This document shows positions 28,766-45,951 of a DNA stretch of 64,000 nt, one piece after another (position 1 is the first letter of the stretch; every line of letters begins with the position of its first letter). Under the pieces are notes generated by a model that saw only the letters and a list, made by a program, of their open reading frames with translations, ran no database searches and was not told the DNA's origin. The stretch is from a bacterium (GTDB lineage Bacteria; Actinomycetota; Coriobacteriia; Coriobacteriales; CADBOM01): the NCBI GenBank assembly GCA_024698685.1, contig JAILQZ010000079.1, positions 355 through 64,354 on the forward strand. The letters run 5' to 3'. The position numbers and the translations under genes were made by a program.

Positions 28766-29026
28766 TTACTTGGCCTTCTCGACGATCTTGACCAGACGCC
28801 ACCTCTTCATCTTGGAGAGGGGCCTGGTCTCCATGATCTGGACGGTATCGCCGATGCCTGCGATGTTCTCCTCATCGTGAGCATGGAACTTCTTGGTGCT
28901 AGACACCATCTTCTTGTAGATAGGATGCTGCTTGCGCTCCTTGATCGCGACGACGATGGTCTTGTCGTTCACATTGGAGATAACAACGCCCTGGCGTACT
29001 TTCCTGCTGTTTCTCTCTTCGGTCAT
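28766..29026 (-). CDS. rpsQ: 30S ribosomal protein S17
   Basis: [32 protein letters not shown]. Confidence 0.96.
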   Translation of the reverse strand: MTEERNSRKVRQGVVISNVNDKTIVVAIKERKQHPIYKKMVSSTKKFHAHDEENIAGIGDTVQIMETRPLSKMKRWRLVKIVEKAK

Positions 29027-29040
29027 CGTATATCTCCTTC

Positions 29041-29250
29041 TTACAGGGACTCGGAGGCGGCGAGCAGCTGCCTTGCCCTGATCTCCGTCAGGATCCTGGC
29101 GATATCCTTCTTGACGAGCTTGATCCTCGCGGTGTTGTCGAGCTGGCTCGTGGCCTGCTGGAAACGCAGGTTGAAGAGCTCGGCGCGGGAATCCTTCAGA
29201 GCCTTTGCCAGGTCCTCATTGCTGAAACCCTTGATTTCGGACTGCTTCAT
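29041..29250 (-). CDS. rpmC: 50S ribosomal protein L29
   Basis: [31 protein letters not shown]. Confidence 0.95.
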   Translation of the reverse strand: MKQSEIKGFSNEDLAKALKDSRAELFNLRFQQATSQLDNTARIKLVKKDIARILTEIRARQLLAASESL

Positions 29251-29673
29251 TTATTCCACCCCCGTCTTCTCGCGGGTAACGATCTTGCACTTGATGGGGA
29301 GCTTCTGGATGGCCAGACGAAGGGCCTCCCTCGCAACATCATCGGGTACGTCGGCGATTTCGAACATGATCCTGCCAGGCTTGACGACTGCGACCCACTC
29401 CTCGGGATTTCCCTTGCCGGAGCCCATGCGGGTCTCTGCCGGCTTCTTGGTGATCGGCTTGTCCGGGAAGATGGTGATCCAGACCTTGCCGCCACGCTTC
29501 ATCTGACGGGTCATCGCGATACGAGCTGCCTCGATCTGCCTGTTGGTGATCCAATGGGCCTCCAGAGCCTGGATGCCGTAGGTACCGAAGCTGAGCTTGG
29601 TACCGCCCTTGGCGGTTCCCTTCATGGAACCGCGCTGCACCTTGCGGTGCTTCACGCGCTTAGGAATCAGCAT
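29251..29673 (-). CDS. rplP: 50S ribosomal protein L16
   Basis: [19 protein letters not shown]. Confidence 0.97.
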   Translation of the reverse strand: MLIPKRVKHRKVQRGSMKGTAKGGTKLSFGTYGIQALEAHWITNRQIEAARIAMTRQMKRGGKVWITIFPDKPITKKPAETRMGSGKGNPEEWVAVVKPGRIMFEIADVPDDVAREALRLAIQKLPIKCKIVTREKTGVE

Positions 29674-29676
29674 GAT

Positions 29677-30378
29677 TTACTTCCTCCCTTCGCCACGGCG
29701 CGAGCGCTGCGGACGCGAGGAGCCCTCGAGAGCGGGACGCGGGACGTCCTGGCCGGGAAGCTTCTCGCCGTGATAGATCCAAACCTTGATTCCGATGGAA
29801 CCCATGGTCGTAGCGGCCAGTGCGGTTCCGTAATCGATCTTCGCGCGAAGGGTGTGCAGGGGCACGCGACCCTCGCGGTACCACTCGCGGCGAGACATCT
29901 CGGCGCCACCGAGGCGGCCAGCGCACTGGATCCTGATGCCGAGGGCACCGGACTTGATAGCGGACTGGACGGCCTTGCGCATGGCGCGACGGAACGCGAC
30001 GCGCCCCTCGAGCTGCTCTGCGATCGACTGGGCTACGAGAACGGCGTCGAGCTCGGGACGCTTGATCTCGATGACGTCGATGTCGACCTTGCTGCCGGCG
30101 ATCTCCTCGAGCTCCTTGCGAAGCTGATCGATCTCGGCGCCCTTCTTGCCGATGACGATGCCAGGACGAGCGGTGGTGATGATGACCTTCACCTTGTCGC
30201 CTGCACGCTCGATCTCGACCATGGAGACCGCTGCGCGCTCGAGGCGCTTGGCGAGGAACTCCTTGATGGCGAGGTCGTTCTGGAGAGTGGCTGCGTAATC
30301 CTTGTCGGCATACCAGCGGCTACGCCAGTTCTCGGTCGTGCCGATGCGGAATCCGATCGGGCATACTTTCTGTCCCAT
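29677..30378 (-). CDS. rpsC: 30S ribosomal protein S3
   Basis: [24 protein letters not shown] and KH domain; basic C-terminal tail. Confidence 0.97.
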   Translation of the reverse strand: MGQKVCPIGFRIGTTENWRSRWYADKDYAATLQNDLAIKEFLAKRLERAAVSMVEIERAGDKVKVIITTARPGIVIGKKGAEIDQLRKELEEIAGSKVDIDVIEIKRPELDAVLVAQSIAEQLEGRVAFRRAMRKAVQSAIKSGALGIRIQCAGRLGGAEMSRREWYREGRVPLHTLRAKIDYGTALAATTMGSIGIKVWIYHGEKLPGQDVPRPALEGSSRPQRSRRGEGRK

Positions 30379-30381
30379 GTG

Positions 30382-30720
30382 CTACTCCTCCCCTCTCGGT
30401 GCGACTTTGATCGTGATGTGGCTGGTGCGCTTGTTGATCCTCGACGCACTGCCCTTGGCGCGAGGACGATAGCGCTTGAGGGTCGGACCCTCGTCCACAT
30501 ATGCCGCGCTCACGTAGAGATCGTGATCGGGAATCGACTTCTGGATGGCATTCGCCACTGCGCTGTTGAGGCACTTGAGGACGACTTCGGCGACATCGCG
30601 ATCGCAGAAAGCGAGGATCTCGCGAGCCCTCTCGACGTCCTTGCCGCGCACCATGTCAACGACCTGGCGGGATTTGCGCGGGGAAACTCGTACGTAACGA
30701 GCGATTGCTTTAGCTTCCAT
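30382..30720 (-). CDS. rplV: 50S ribosomal protein L22
   Basis: [26 protein letters not shown]. Confidence 0.96.
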   Translation of the reverse strand: MEAKAIARYVRVSPRKSRQVVDMVRGKDVERAREILAFCDRDVAEVVLKCLNSAVANAIQKSIPDHDLYVSAAYVDEGPTLKRYRPRAKGSASRINKRTSHITIKVAPRGEE

Positions 30721-30995
30721 TACCTGCCCTTCTTCCTATCTGCAGCATGGCCACGGAAGGTCCTGGTCGGAGCGAACTCTCCGAGCTTGTGCCCAACCAT
30801 GGACTCGGTGATGTAAACCGGCACATGCTTGCGTCCATCATGGACCGCGATGGTGTGTCCTACCATCTCCGGGAAGATGGTCGAGGACCTGGACCATGTC
30901 TTGATGACGGGCTTCTCGTTGGCAGCGTTGGCAGCTACGACACGGCTAAGCAGCCTTGGCTCCACAAACGGCCCCTTCTTTGAACTTCTGCTCAC
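30720..30995 (-). CDS. rpsS: 30S ribosomal protein S19
   Basis: [16 protein letters not shown]...[16 protein letters not shown]. Confidence 0.97.
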   Translation of the reverse strand: MSRSSKKGPFVEPRLLSRVVAANAANEKPVIKTWSRSSTIFPEMVGHTIAVHDGRKHVPVYITESMVGHKLGEFAPTRTFRGHAADRKKGR

Positions 30996-31021
30996 GGTGG
31001 ATTCTCCAATTCTCGAATCGG

Positions 31022-31852
31022 TTACTTCTTACGACGGCGGATGATGAGCTTGCTGGAGGCCTTCTTCTTGTTACGGGTGCGATGTCCCTTGGTGGGAACG
31101 CCCCAAGGCGTAACAGGATGGCGTCCTGCAGACTTGTTCTTGCCCTCGCCGCCACCATGAGGATGGTCGACAGGGTTCATGACGGTACCGCGTACGGTAG
31201 GCCTGACGCCAGCCCAGCGCTTGCGTCCAGCCTTGCCGATCTTGATGTTGCTGTGCTCTGCGTTTCCAACCTCGCCGATCGTTGCACGGCAGGTGAGGAG
31301 CACGCGCCTCATCTCGGAGGACGGGAGGCGGAGGATGGCGTACTTGCCCTCCTTGCCCATGAGCTGGATCGAGGTTCCAGCGCTGCGCGCCATAGCGGCG
31401 CCCTTGCCAGGCTGAAGCTCGACGGCGTGGATGAGCGTACCTACCGGGATATCCTTGAGCTCAAGGGCGTTTCCGGGCTTGATGTCCGAATCGGGACCGC
31501 TGGTGACGATGTCGCCGACCTTGAGGCCCTTGGGGTGCAGGATGTAGGTCTTGACGCCGTCCGCATAGTGCAGGAGCGCGATGCGGGACGAACGATTCGG
31601 GTCATACTCGATGGTGGCAACCTTGGCGGGGATACCGTCCTTGTTGCGCTTGAAGTCGATGACCCTGTACTGACGCTTGTGGCCGCCGCCCTGATGCCTG
31701 GTCGTGATACGACCGTTGTTGTTGCGGCCAGCCTTCTTGGGAAGCGGCTTTACCAGCGACTTCTCAGGATAGGACCTCGTGATCTCGGCAAAGTCCGAGA
31801 CCGTCTGGAACCTGCGTCCAGGTGAGGTCGGCTTATACTGCTTTACTCCCAT
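31022..31852 (-). CDS. rplB: 50S ribosomal protein L2
   Basis: [21 protein letters not shown]...; ATG 31852 is preceded by GAAGGAG. The track ORF has 12 extra codons. Confidence 0.96.
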   Translation of the reverse strand: MGVKQYKPTSPGRRFQTVSDFAEITRSYPEKSLVKPLPKKAGRNNNGRITTRHQGGGHKRQYRVIDFKRNKDGIPAKVATIEYDPNRSSRIALLHYADGVKTYILHPKGLKVGDIVTSGPDSDIKPGNALELKDIPVGTLIHAVELQPGKGAAMARSAGTSIQLMGKEGKYAILRLPSSEMRRVLLTCRATIGEVGNAEHSNIKIGKAGRKRWAGVRPTVRGTVMNPVDHPHGGGEGKNKSAGRHPVTPWGVPTKGHRTRNKKKASSKLIIRRRKK

Positions 31853-31963
31853 TTCAACTCCTTCTCTTGTCCGATGGCCGCATAGCACTTGGGAGTTGGG
31901 CCCCTTTTCAGCCCTTGCCTGCGACTCCGGACTACCACGGCTCCGAGCGTGTCCATATTTAGA

Positions 31964-31993
31964 ACATTAGGAGCCTACAACAAAAACCTGCAA
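31964..31993 (-). promoter_or_regulatory. candidate internal promoter in the rplW-rplB spacer
   Basis: Minus strand TTGCAG-N18-TAATGT. Weak match with non-ideal spacing. Confidence 0.25.
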
Positions 31994-32009
31994 TCTGGCG
32001 TTGATTGCT

Positions 32010-32049
32010 AAACGAAACATCCGATACCGCCGCCAAGCGGCATCGGATG
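32010..32049 (-). terminator. Rho-independent terminator-like hairpin 5 nt after the rplW stop
   Basis: Minus-strand RNA CAUCCGAUGCCGC-UUGGCG-GCGGUAUCGGAUG, a 13-bp stem whose only non-Watson-Crick pair is G-U on this strand (A-C on the other), followed by UUUCGUUU. Confidence 0.65.
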
Positions 32050-32054
32050 GTTGT

Positions 32055-32345
32055 TTACATCGTTCCGTAGAAGTCGATCGTCTGGCCCTCGGCGAGCTTG
32101 ACGATGGCCTTCTTCCAAGTGCGGGTGTAGCCAGGGACGGCGCGAACGCGCTTCGGCTTGGCCTTGACGTTGACTATGTTGACCTTGACAACATCCACAC
32201 CGAAGATGTCGTGGATCGCCTTGGCGATCTCGATCTTGTTGGAGGTCTTGGCGACCTCGAACGTGTAACGGTTCTCTCCCTCGATCTGATCGAAGGAACG
32301 TTCGGTCACGATGGGGCGAATGATTACCTCGCGCGGATCCTTCAT
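32055..32345 (-). CDS. rplW: 50S ribosomal protein L23
   Basis: IIRPIVTERSFDQIEGENRYTFEV. Confidence 0.96.
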   Translation of the reverse strand: MKDPREVIIRPIVTERSFDQIEGENRYTFEVAKTSNKIEIAKAIHDIFGVDVVKVNIVNVKAKPKRVRAVPGYTRTWKKAIVKLAEGQTIDFYGTM

Positions 32346-32968
32346 TAGACGAGCACCTCCTCGAGACGCTTGAGCGTGGAGAGGGTGAATACGAGCTTCT
32401 TGTTATCGATGAGATCGTAGGTGTTGGCCTCGCCGACGCTGATGATTCTCATTCCGGGGATGTTGCGGAACGAGAGGATGGAATTGACATCGGTGGTGTC
32501 GATGACCAGCGTCACCTTGCCGTCGATGCCGAACGACTCGAGCACCTTGATGGCGGCCTTGGTGGACGGCTTCTCGAAGTCGAAGCTATCGATGCAGATC
32601 AGCTCGTCATCTGCAAGCTTGCCGGAGAGCGCGGAACGCATGGCGAGCTTGACCTCCTTGTTGTTCACCTTGAAGGCATAGGAGCGCGGATGCGGTCCGA
32701 AGACGGTGCCGCCGCCCCTGTAATGGGGTGCACGGATCGAGCCCTGGCGCGCACGGCCGGTGCCCTTCTGACGATAGGGCTTCTTGCCGCCGCCGGAAAC
32801 CTGTCCGCGGGTCTTGGTGTTGTGGGTTCCCTGGCGCCTGCCTGCGAGGATGGCCTTGCAAACCTGGTGCATCACAGGGATGTTTGGAGTGATGCTGAAG
32901 ACGGAGTCGGCGAAGTCGACGCTGTCTACCTTCTCTCCAGTCTGGTTGTATATATCGATCTTAGGCAT
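32345..32968 (-). CDS. rplD: 50S ribosomal protein L4
   Basis: ...GGGKKPYRQKGTGRARQGSIRAPHYRGGG. Confidence 0.96.
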   Translation of the reverse strand: MPKIDIYNQTGEKVDSVDFADSVFSITPNIPVMHQVCKAILAGRRQGTHNTKTRGQVSGGGKKPYRQKGTGRARQGSIRAPHYRGGGTVFGPHPRSYAFKVNNKEVKLAMRSALSGKLADDELICIDSFDFEKPSTKAAIKVLESFGIDGKVTLVIDTTDVNSILSFRNIPGMRIISVGEANTYDLIDNKKLVFTLSTLKRLEEVLV

Positions 32969-32998
32969 TGTCGGAACTCCTTAACTGGGAAGAGAAAG

Positions 32999-33625
32999 CT
33001 ACTTGACCTTGCGAACGGTCACGAGTCCGCCTTTTCCACCGGGAATGGCGCCCTTGACCAGGATGATGTTGAGGTCCTCGTCGACCCTGACGACCGCCAG
33101 GTTGCGAACGGTAACCTTGACGTTGCCCATGTGACCGGCCATCTTGACACCCTTGAAGATGCGGGACGGCGAAGCGCACTGGCCAACCGAACCGGGAGCG
33201 CGATGGAAGTGCGAACCGTGTCCGCCAGGGCCGCCGCCGAAGCCGTAACGCTTCATGACGCCAGCGAAACCCTTACCCTTGGAGGTGCCAGAAACGTCCA
33301 CGGTGCAACCCTCGAACTCACCGCAGGTGATGGTCTCGCCAAGCGAGAACTGGGATGCATCCTCTACCCTGACTTCCCTGAGGTAGCGCATAGGCTCGAT
33401 GCCTGCGCGCTCGAAGTGCCCAGCCATGGGCTTGTTGACATGCTTCGGCTTGATCTTGCCAAAGCCGATCTGGATGGCCTCGTAGCCATCGGTCTCTTTG
33501 GTCTTGATCTGCGAAACGACGCAAGGACCGGCTTCGATGACGGTTACAGGGATGATCTCGTCATCTTCGCTCCACACCTGGGTCATTCCGATCTTGCGAC
33601 CTAGAATCGTGCTTACCATAATCAC
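32999..33625 (-). CDS. rplC: 50S ribosomal protein L3
   Basis: ILGRKIGMTQVW...GKGFAGVMKRYGF. Confidence 0.96.
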   Translation of the reverse strand: MIMVSTILGRKIGMTQVWSEDDEIIPVTVIEAGPCVVSQIKTKETDGYEAIQIGFGKIKPKHVNKPMAGHFERAGIEPMRYLREVRVEDASQFSLGETITCGEFEGCTVDVSGTSKGKGFAGVMKRYGFGGGPGGHGSHFHRAPGSVGQCASPSRIFKGVKMAGHMGNVKVTVRNLAVVRVDEDLNIILVKGAIPGGKGGLVTVRKVK

Positions 33626-33740
33626 TTACCTTTTCCTCACGTGGTCATGAGTCCCAACGATATTTCCTTGATATCGCCCTCAGCGGACCACTTCCGATAG
33701 TTTTGCGCCTAAATGAGCGCAACATTATAAGTATAACCGC

Positions 33741-34049
33741 TTAGAGCTTGATCTCGATGTCTACACCCGCTGGAAGGTCGAGACGCATCATCGAATCGAC
33801 GGTGGACGGAGTGGGATCGAGGATGTTGATGAGGCGCTTATGGGTGCGCATCTCAAACTCCTCGCGGCTATCCTTGTTAACATGGGGCGAACGGATCACG
33901 CAATACATGTTGCGCTCGGTGGGCAGCGGGATGGGTCCGCTGACCTTGGCGCCCGTCTTGATGGCGGTCTCGACGATGAGCTTGGAAGACTTATCGACGA
34001 TCTCGTGGTCGTAGCCCTTGAGACGAATCTTGATCTTTTGACTTGCCAA
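33741..34049 (-). CDS. rpsJ: 30S ribosomal protein S10
   Basis: (M)[24 protein letters not shown] start at 34049 lies 8 nt after GGAGG; the upstream in-frame ATG of the track ORF (34082) lacks an RBS. Confidence 0.92.
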   Translation of the reverse strand: MASQKIKIRLKGYDHEIVDKSSKLIVETAIKTGAKVSGPIPLPTERNMYCVIRSPHVNKDSREEFEMRTHKRLINILDPTPSTVDSMMRLDLPAGVDIEIKL

Positions 34050-34106
34050 CTCTATTACCTCCAACGTTTGCTTAGGGTTCAATACCTTTGGTTTGAGCCT
34101 TGTTCT

Positions 34107-36194
<2,088 letters not shown>

Positions 36195-36212
36195 TGCTGT
36201 CTTGAATCCCCT

Positions 36213-36683
36213 TTAGAACCTATAGTGCGAAAACGCACGGTTCGACTCTGCCATCTTGTAGAGGTCCTCGCGACGCTTGACGGAAGAACCCATTCCGTTC
36301 GATGCATCGAGGATCTCGGCTGCGAGGCGCTCCTTCATCGTCTTCTCCTTGCGCTTGCGGGAGAAGTCGACGATCCAGCGGATCGCGAGGGTGGTTGCGC
36401 GACGGGAGTTGACCTCCATCGGAACCTGATAGGTTGCTCCACCGACGCGCTTCGGCTTGACCTCGAGGGTCGGGCGAACGTTGTCCATGGCCTTCTTGAA
36501 GACGGTCAGAGGATCGGAATCGGTCTTCTTCTCGATGATGTCGAATGCGCCGTAGACAATGTTCTCGGCGATCGACTTCTTGCCATGGAGAAGGACCTTG
36601 TTGATCAACTGAGTGACCAAGCGATTGTTGTAAACTGCATCCGGCTGCACTTCGCGGCGGACTGCTGCTGCTCTACGCGGCAT
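36213..36683 (-). CDS. rpsG: 30S ribosomal protein S7
   Basis: [30 protein letters not shown]. Confidence 0.96.
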   Translation of the reverse strand: MPRRAAAVRREVQPDAVYNNRLVTQLINKVLLHGKKSIAENIVYGAFDIIEKKTDSDPLTVFKKAMDNVRPTLEVKPKRVGGATYQVPMEVNSRRATTLAIRWIVDFSRKRKEKTMKERLAAEILDASNGMGSSVKRREDLYKMAESNRAFSHYRF

Positions 36684-36787
36684 TTTCACTCTCCTGTTTC
36701 GTATTCGAACTGCATGCGAGCCATCTCGACCCGCCCAATTGATTTATCCTCGGCTGCCCTTGGGCAACCATGCATCCAAACGTCCGA

Positions 36788-37159
36788 CTACTTGGGCCTC
36801 TTGGCTCCATAGCGCGAACGTGCCTGTGCCCTGTTGTTGACTGCAGCGCAGTCGAGGGTGGCGCGGATGACCTTGTAACGAACACCTGGGAGATCCCTCA
36901 CGCGGCCGCCCCTGATGAGGACCATCGAGTGCTCCTGGAGGTTGTGGCCGATGCCCGGAATGTAGACCGTGACCTCGACGCCATTGACCAACCTGACGCG
37001 AGCAACCTTGCGCAGCGCCGAATTCGGCTTCTTGGGGGTGGTGGTGTAGACCCTAGTGCATACACCGCGCTTCTGAGGATTTCCCTGAAGTGCTGGGGTC
37101 TTCTTCTTATCGACCGTCTTGATACGGCCCTTGCGAACCAGCTGATTGATTGTCGGCAA
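36788..37159 (-). CDS. rpsL: 30S ribosomal protein S12
   Basis: (M)[11 protein letters not shown]...[19 protein letters not shown] start at 37159 lies just downstream of AGGAG (revcomp of 37166-37170); the longer track ORF is unlikely. Confidence 0.94.
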   Translation of the reverse strand: MPTINQLVRKGRIKTVDKKKTPALQGNPQKRGVCTRVYTTTPKKPNSALRKVARVRLVNGVEVTVYIPGIGHNLQEHSMVLIRGGRVRDLPGVRYKVIRATLDCAAVNNRAQARSRYGAKRPK

Positions 37160-37246
37160 ACCTAGCTCCTTTACTTTCCGTACCTGCAGAAAACACTGCA
37201 AAACTTGCATGAAAACACACGTGGGCAGAATTGCGCACGTTCGGTT

Positions 37247-37275
37247 ACGTTATCACCACAACCGCAGCATGTCAA
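37247..37275 (-). promoter_or_regulatory. candidate sigma-70-type promoter of rpsL-rpsG-fusA
   Basis: Minus strand TTGACA (37275-37270)-N17-TAACGT (37252-37247) with a TGn extended -10 (gTGaTAACGT). Confidence 0.45.
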
Positions 37276-37312
37276 ACACAACGGTGCCGGGCGTATCTAT
37301 ACTTAATTGGCG

Positions 37313-37344
37313 AACGTCCCTTCAGCGAGAGCCAAAGGGACGTT
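37313..37344 (-). terminator. stem-loop downstream of rpoC (possible U-tract-less terminator)
   Basis: 10-bp inverted repeat AACGTCCCTT / AAGGGACGTT with a 12-nt loop, about 25 nt after the rpoC stop. No U-run follows, so function is uncertain. Confidence 0.35.
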
Positions 37345-37369
37345 TGCGTGAAAAACTATCTTGACAACA

Positions 37370-41785
<4,416 letters not shown>

Positions 41786-41791
41786 GTCAGC

Positions 41792-44700
41792 TTACTCCTG
41801 TCCCTCGTCGTCGATGAGCGAATCCTGCTCGAGAGTGTCGAGCAGCTCAGTGTAGATCATGTCCAGATCGTCGTCCTCGTAGGTGTTGGAGGCATCGACG
41901 AGCTTGGCGAGCTCATCCTCTTCCTCCGCCACGGGAGCCTGCTTCTTAGGCTCGCCCATGAGCTCGACGTCGAGCGCGAGCGACTTCATCTCCTTGATGA
42001 GGACCTTGAACGACTCCGGAACCTCAGGCGAAGGAACGTTCTCGCCCTTGACGATGTGCTCGTAGGCCTTCACGCGGCCGCTCGTGTCGTCCGACTTGAT
42101 CGTGAGGATCTCCTGCAGGACGTTCGATGCGCCGTATGCGTAGAGGGCCCAGACCTCCATCTCTCCGAAGCGCTGGCCACCGAACTGGGCCTTGCCTCCG
42201 AGAGGCTGCTGGGTGATGAGCGAATACGGGCCAGTCGAGCGTGCGTGGATCTTGTCGTCCACGAGGTGCGAGAGCTTGAGGATGTAGTTCCTGCCGACGG
42301 TGATCGGCTCGCGGAACTTCTCGCCCGTGCGACCATCGTAGAGCTCGGTCTTGCCCTGCATGGTGAGCTGCGGGATGAACTCGTCGCGAACCATGTCGCC
42401 AAGCTCGGCGTGCGCCTTCTTGACGAGATTCTCGTTCGCCTTGGCTACGACCTGCGAGATCTCGTCCTCGTTGGCGCCGTCGAAGACCGGCGTTGCGACG
42501 TATACGGGGTCGTAGCAGACGGATCCGTCATCGTTCCAACCAGCCGCCGCAGCCCATCCGAGATGGGTCTCGAGGAGCTGCCCGACGTTCATACGGGAGG
42601 GAACTCCAAGCGGGTTGAGGATGATGTCGACGGGGGTTCCATCGGCGAGATAGGGCATGTCCTCGACGGGAAGGATCAACGAGATGACGCCCTTGTTTCC
42701 GTGGCGTCCTGCAAGCTTGTCGCCCTGCTGGACCTTGCGCTTCTGCGCCACATAGACTCGGATGAGCTCGTTGACGCTGGGGGAAAGCTCGTCGCCGTCT
42801 TCCCTTCTGAACCTGTGGTAGCCGATTACGCGGCCGCCCTCGCCATGGGGCACCTTGAGGGAGTTGTCCCTGGCCTCGCGGGCCTTCTCGCCGAAGATCG
42901 CGCGCAGGAGCCTCTCCTCGGCGGTGAGCTCGGTCTCGCCCTTCGGGGTGACCTTGCCGACGAGGATGTCGCCAGGACCTACCTCGGCGCCGATGCGGAT
43001 GATGCCGTCGGCATCGAGGTTGGCGAGCATGTCCTCGGACATGTTCGGTATCTCGCGGGTGATCTCCTCCGGGCCGAGCTTGGTCTCGCGGGCGTCGATC
43101 TCGTAGTCCTTGATGGTGATCGAGGTAAGGAGATCTTCGCTGACGACCCTCTCGGAGAGGATGATCGCGTCCTCGTAGTTGTAGCCCTCCCAGGGCATGT
43201 AGGCGACGACGAGGTTCTGGCCGAGCGCGAGCTCTCCATCCTCGGAGGAGGGCCCGTCGACGAGGACCTCGCCGGCCATGACCTTCTGACCGGCCTTGAC
43301 CACGGGCTTGTAGTTCAGGCAGAAGCTCTGGTTGGACTTCTGGAACTTCTGGAATCCGATGGTCTCCTTGGTGCCATCGTCGTACTTGACGATGACCTTG
43401 TTGGAATCGACGTACTGGACCGTGCAGTCCTTCTTGGCGATGACGACCTCGCCGGAGTCGACCGCGCAGCGGAACTCCATGCCGGTGCCGACCAGCGGAG
43501 CGGAGGGCTTGAGCAGCGGCACTGCCTGCCTCTGCATGTTGGAGCCCATGAGGGCGCGGTTGGCATCGTCGTGCTCGAGGAACGGAATCAGCGCGGTTGC
43601 TACCGAAACCATCTGCCTCGGGGAGACGTCCATGTAGTCGACGCGCTCGGGCGCGACCTCATCGGGGTCTCCGAAGACGCCGTTGATGTTCTTCATACGG
43701 CAGAGGACCTTGTCCGCCTTGACGGTCTTGCCGGTGTGGTCGGTTGTTATGAACTCGCGTGTCTCGAGGTCGAACGGAGCGTTCGCCTGCGCGATGACGT
43801 GGCTCTCCTCCTCGTCTGCGGTGAGGTAGTCGATCTCGTCGGTCACCTTGCCATCGACGACCTTGCGGTACGGAGCCTCGATGAAGCCGTACTTGTTGAT
43901 GCGGCCATAGGTTGCCAGCGAGCCGATGAGTCCGATGTTCGGGCCTTCAGGCGTCTCGATCGGGCACATGCGTCCGTAGTGGGAGGTGTGGACATCGCGG
44001 ACCTCAAAGCCTGCGCGCTCGCGCGAAAGGCCGCCAGGGCCGAGTGCGCTCAGGCGGCGCTTATGGGTGAGGCCGGCGGCGGGATTCGTCTGATCCATGA
44101 ACTGCGAGAGCTGCGAGGAGCCGAAGAACTCCTTGATCGAAGCGACGATCGGCCTGATGTTGATCAGGCTGTAGGGGGTGATGTCGTCGAACTCCATAGT
44201 GTTCATGCGCTCGCGGACGGACCTCTCCATCCTGGAGAGACCTACGCGGAACTGGTTCTGGATAAGCTCTCCGACCGTGCGGATCCTACGATTGCCGAAG
44301 TGGTCGATGTCGTCGAGAGTGCAGTTCGGGTCGCCGTTGTAGAGGTTGATGATGTACTTCATCGTCTCGACCACGTCGCCCGGGGTGAGCACTGACTCGT
44401 TCTCGGGAACGTCGAGGCCGAGCTTCTTGTTGATCTTATAGCGGCCGACAGGAGCGAGATCGTAACGCTGCGAGTTGCCGAAGAGCGCGGTGAGCGTGGT
44501 CCTTGCGGAGTCGACGGTTGGCGGCTCGCCTGGACGCAGGCGCTTGTAGATCTCGACGAGACCCTCTTCCTGCGTGGTTGTGCTATCGCGCGCGAGCGTG
44601 CGCATGACGATGTCGCTGTCGCCGAGGAGCTCGATGATCTCGTCGTTGCTGATCGCGATTCCGAGAGCCCTGAGGATCATGGTCGCGGGCTGCTTGCGCT

Positions 44701-45316
44701 TGCGGTCGACGCGAACGGAGAGCACTCCCCTCTTGTCGGTTTCGAACTCGAGCCAAGCACCCCTGGAGGGGATGATCTTGGCGCTGTAGATGGTTGCATC
44801 GCTGCTCTTGTCCTGCTCGGTTGAGAAGTAGACTCCAGGGCTGCGAACGAGCTGGCTGACTACGACGCGCTCTGTTCCCTTGATGATGAAGGTGCCCTGG
44901 TCGGTCATGACCGGGATGTCGCCCATGAAGATGTCCTGCTGGAGCTTGATCTCGCCAGTGGACTTGTCAACCAGACGCGCCTGGACGAAGAGCGAGCACT
45001 CGTAGGAGAGATCGCGAGCTTTGCACTCCATGACGGAATGCTTGGGTTCGCTTATCTCGTGATCTAGGAATTCGAGGCTGATTTTCTTCTGGCTGTTCTC
45101 GATTGGCGGAATGTCCCTGAACGCCTCTCGAATGCCATCTGTCTTAAAACGCTCAAAGCTCTCTATCTGGATTGCCATGAGGTCCGGAAGAGCCATAACT
45201 TCCGGGATTTTTGCGAAGCTTTTGCGGGTTCGGTGCTGTGCTGAACGGTTGGATTTCAGATCGCTCACTACGCAGACCTCCTCAGTGCCTGGTACAAAAA
45301 TTGCATATTGACGCAA
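41792..45316 (-). CDS. rpoB: DNA-directed RNA polymerase subunit beta
   Basis: Conserved blocks [38 protein letters not shown] and NMQRQAVPL. The exact start is uncertain; a GTG a few codons downstream (VSDLK...) is possible. Confidence 0.96.
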   Translation of the reverse strand: MRQYAIFVPGTEEVCVVSDLKSNRSAQHRTRKSFAKIPEVMALPDLMAIQIESFERFKTDGIREAFRDIPPIENSQKKISLEFLDHEISEPKHSVMECKARDLSYECSLFVQARLVDKSTGEIKLQQDIFMGDIPVMTDQGTFIIKGTERVVVSQLVRSPGVYFSTEQDKSSDATIYSAKIIPSRGAWLEFETDKRGVLSVRVDRKRKQPATMILRALGIAISNDEIIELLGDSDIVMRTLARDSTTTQEEGLVEIYKRLRPGEPPTVDSARTTLTALFGNSQRYDLAPVGRYKINKKLGLDVPENESVLTPGDVVETMKYIINLYNGDPNCTLDDIDHFGNRRIRTVGELIQNQFRVGLSRMERSVRERMNTMEFDDITPYSLINIRPIVASIKEFFGSSQLSQFMDQTNPAAGLTHKRRLSALGPGGLSRERAGFEVRDVHTSHYGRMCPIETPEGPNIGLIGSLATYGRINKYGFIEAPYRKVVDGKVTDEIDYLTADEEESHVIAQANAPFDLETREFITTDHTGKTVKADKVLCRMKNINGVFGDPDEVAPERVDYMDVSPRQMVSVATALIPFLEHDDANRALMGSNMQRQAVPLLKPSAPLVGTGMEFRCAVDSGEVVIAKKDCTVQYVDSNKVIVKYDDGTKETIGFQKFQKSNQSFCLNYKPVVKAGQKVMAGEVLVDGPSSEDGELALGQNLVVAYMPWEGYNYEDAIILSERVVSEDLLTSITIKDYEIDARETKLGPEEITREIPNMSEDMLANLDADGIIRIGAEVGPGDILVGKVTPKGETELTAEERLLRAIFGEKAREARDNSLKVPHGEGGRVIGYHRFRREDGDELSPSVNELIRVYVAQKRKVQQGDKLAGRHGNKGVISLILPVEDMPYLADGTPVDIILNPLGVPSRMNVGQLLETHLGWAAAAGWNDDGSVCYDPVYVATPVFDGANEDEISQVVAKANENLVKKAHAELGDMVRDEFIPQLTMQGKTELYDGRTGEKFREPITVGRNYILKLSHLVDDKIHARSTGPYSLITQQPLGGKAQFGGQRFGEMEVWALYAYGASNVLQEILTIKSDDTSGRVKAYEHIVKGENVPSPEVPESFKVLIKEMKSLALDVELMGEPKKQAPVAEEEDELAKLVDASNTYEDDDLDMIYTELLDTLEQDSLIDDEGQE

Positions 45317-45399
45317 CTTTAAATATTACTTAGTATGGAAGGCTAGTTCCAAGATGATTCCCGCGTGATTCACACTTTTATCCATGAGCGGATTAACGA

Positions 45400-45463
45400 C
45401 GACATCGGACGAGGCGATTGCCCGTCCGATGTCGTTGCAATTGCAGCTGAATCGTGCAGCTGC
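45400..45463 (-). promoter_or_regulatory. two stem-loops in the rplL-rpoB intergenic region (attenuator-like)
   Basis: GCAGCTG-N7-CAGCTGC (45443-45463) and a 12-bp GC-rich stem CGACATCGGACG / CGTCCGATGTCG (45400-45434). Only a poor U-tract follows on the minus strand. Confidence 0.35.
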
Positions 45464-45480
45464 TATGGATTCAAGCGCAA

Positions 45481-45852
45481 TTACTTGATGGAGACTGCTG
45501 CGCCAGCAGACTCGAGCTTGGCCTTGGCCTCCTCGGCCTTGTCCTTCGGCACACCCTCGAGAATCGGCTTGGGAGCGGACTCGACGACGTCCTTGGCCTC
45601 CTTGAGACCGAGGGAGGTGAGCTCGCGGACTGCCTTGATGACGGCGATCTTGGCATCGCCGAAGCCCTCGAGGACAACGTCGAAGGAGGTCTTCTCCTCG
45701 ACCTCGGCCTCGCCACCGGCCGGTGCTGCTGCGACAACTGCCGCGGGTGCTGCTGCGGAAACGCCGAAGGTCTCCTCAATCATGCTTACGAGCTCGGATG
45801 CCTGAAGAAGGGTCATCTCCTTTAGAGCCTCAATGATCTCCTCATTAGTCAT
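45481..45852 (-). CDS. rplL: 50S ribosomal protein L7/L12
   Basis: [22 protein letters not shown]...[10 protein letters not shown]...[11 protein letters not shown]. Confidence 0.97.
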   Translation of the reverse strand: MTNEEIIEALKEMTLLQASELVSMIEETFGVSAAAPAAVVAAAPAGGEAEVEEKTSFDVVLEGFGDAKIAVIKAVRELTSLGLKEAKDVVESAPKPILEGVPKDKAEEAKAKLESAGAAVSIK

Positions 45853-45951
45853 TTCAATATCCTTTCGTTTGGCTGCCTTTTCCGTTGGCAGCGATCCAAT
45901 CTTTTTCAGGCCGCTGCGACCTTTACGCAGCGGGTAGTGCTCTGCTTTCGG

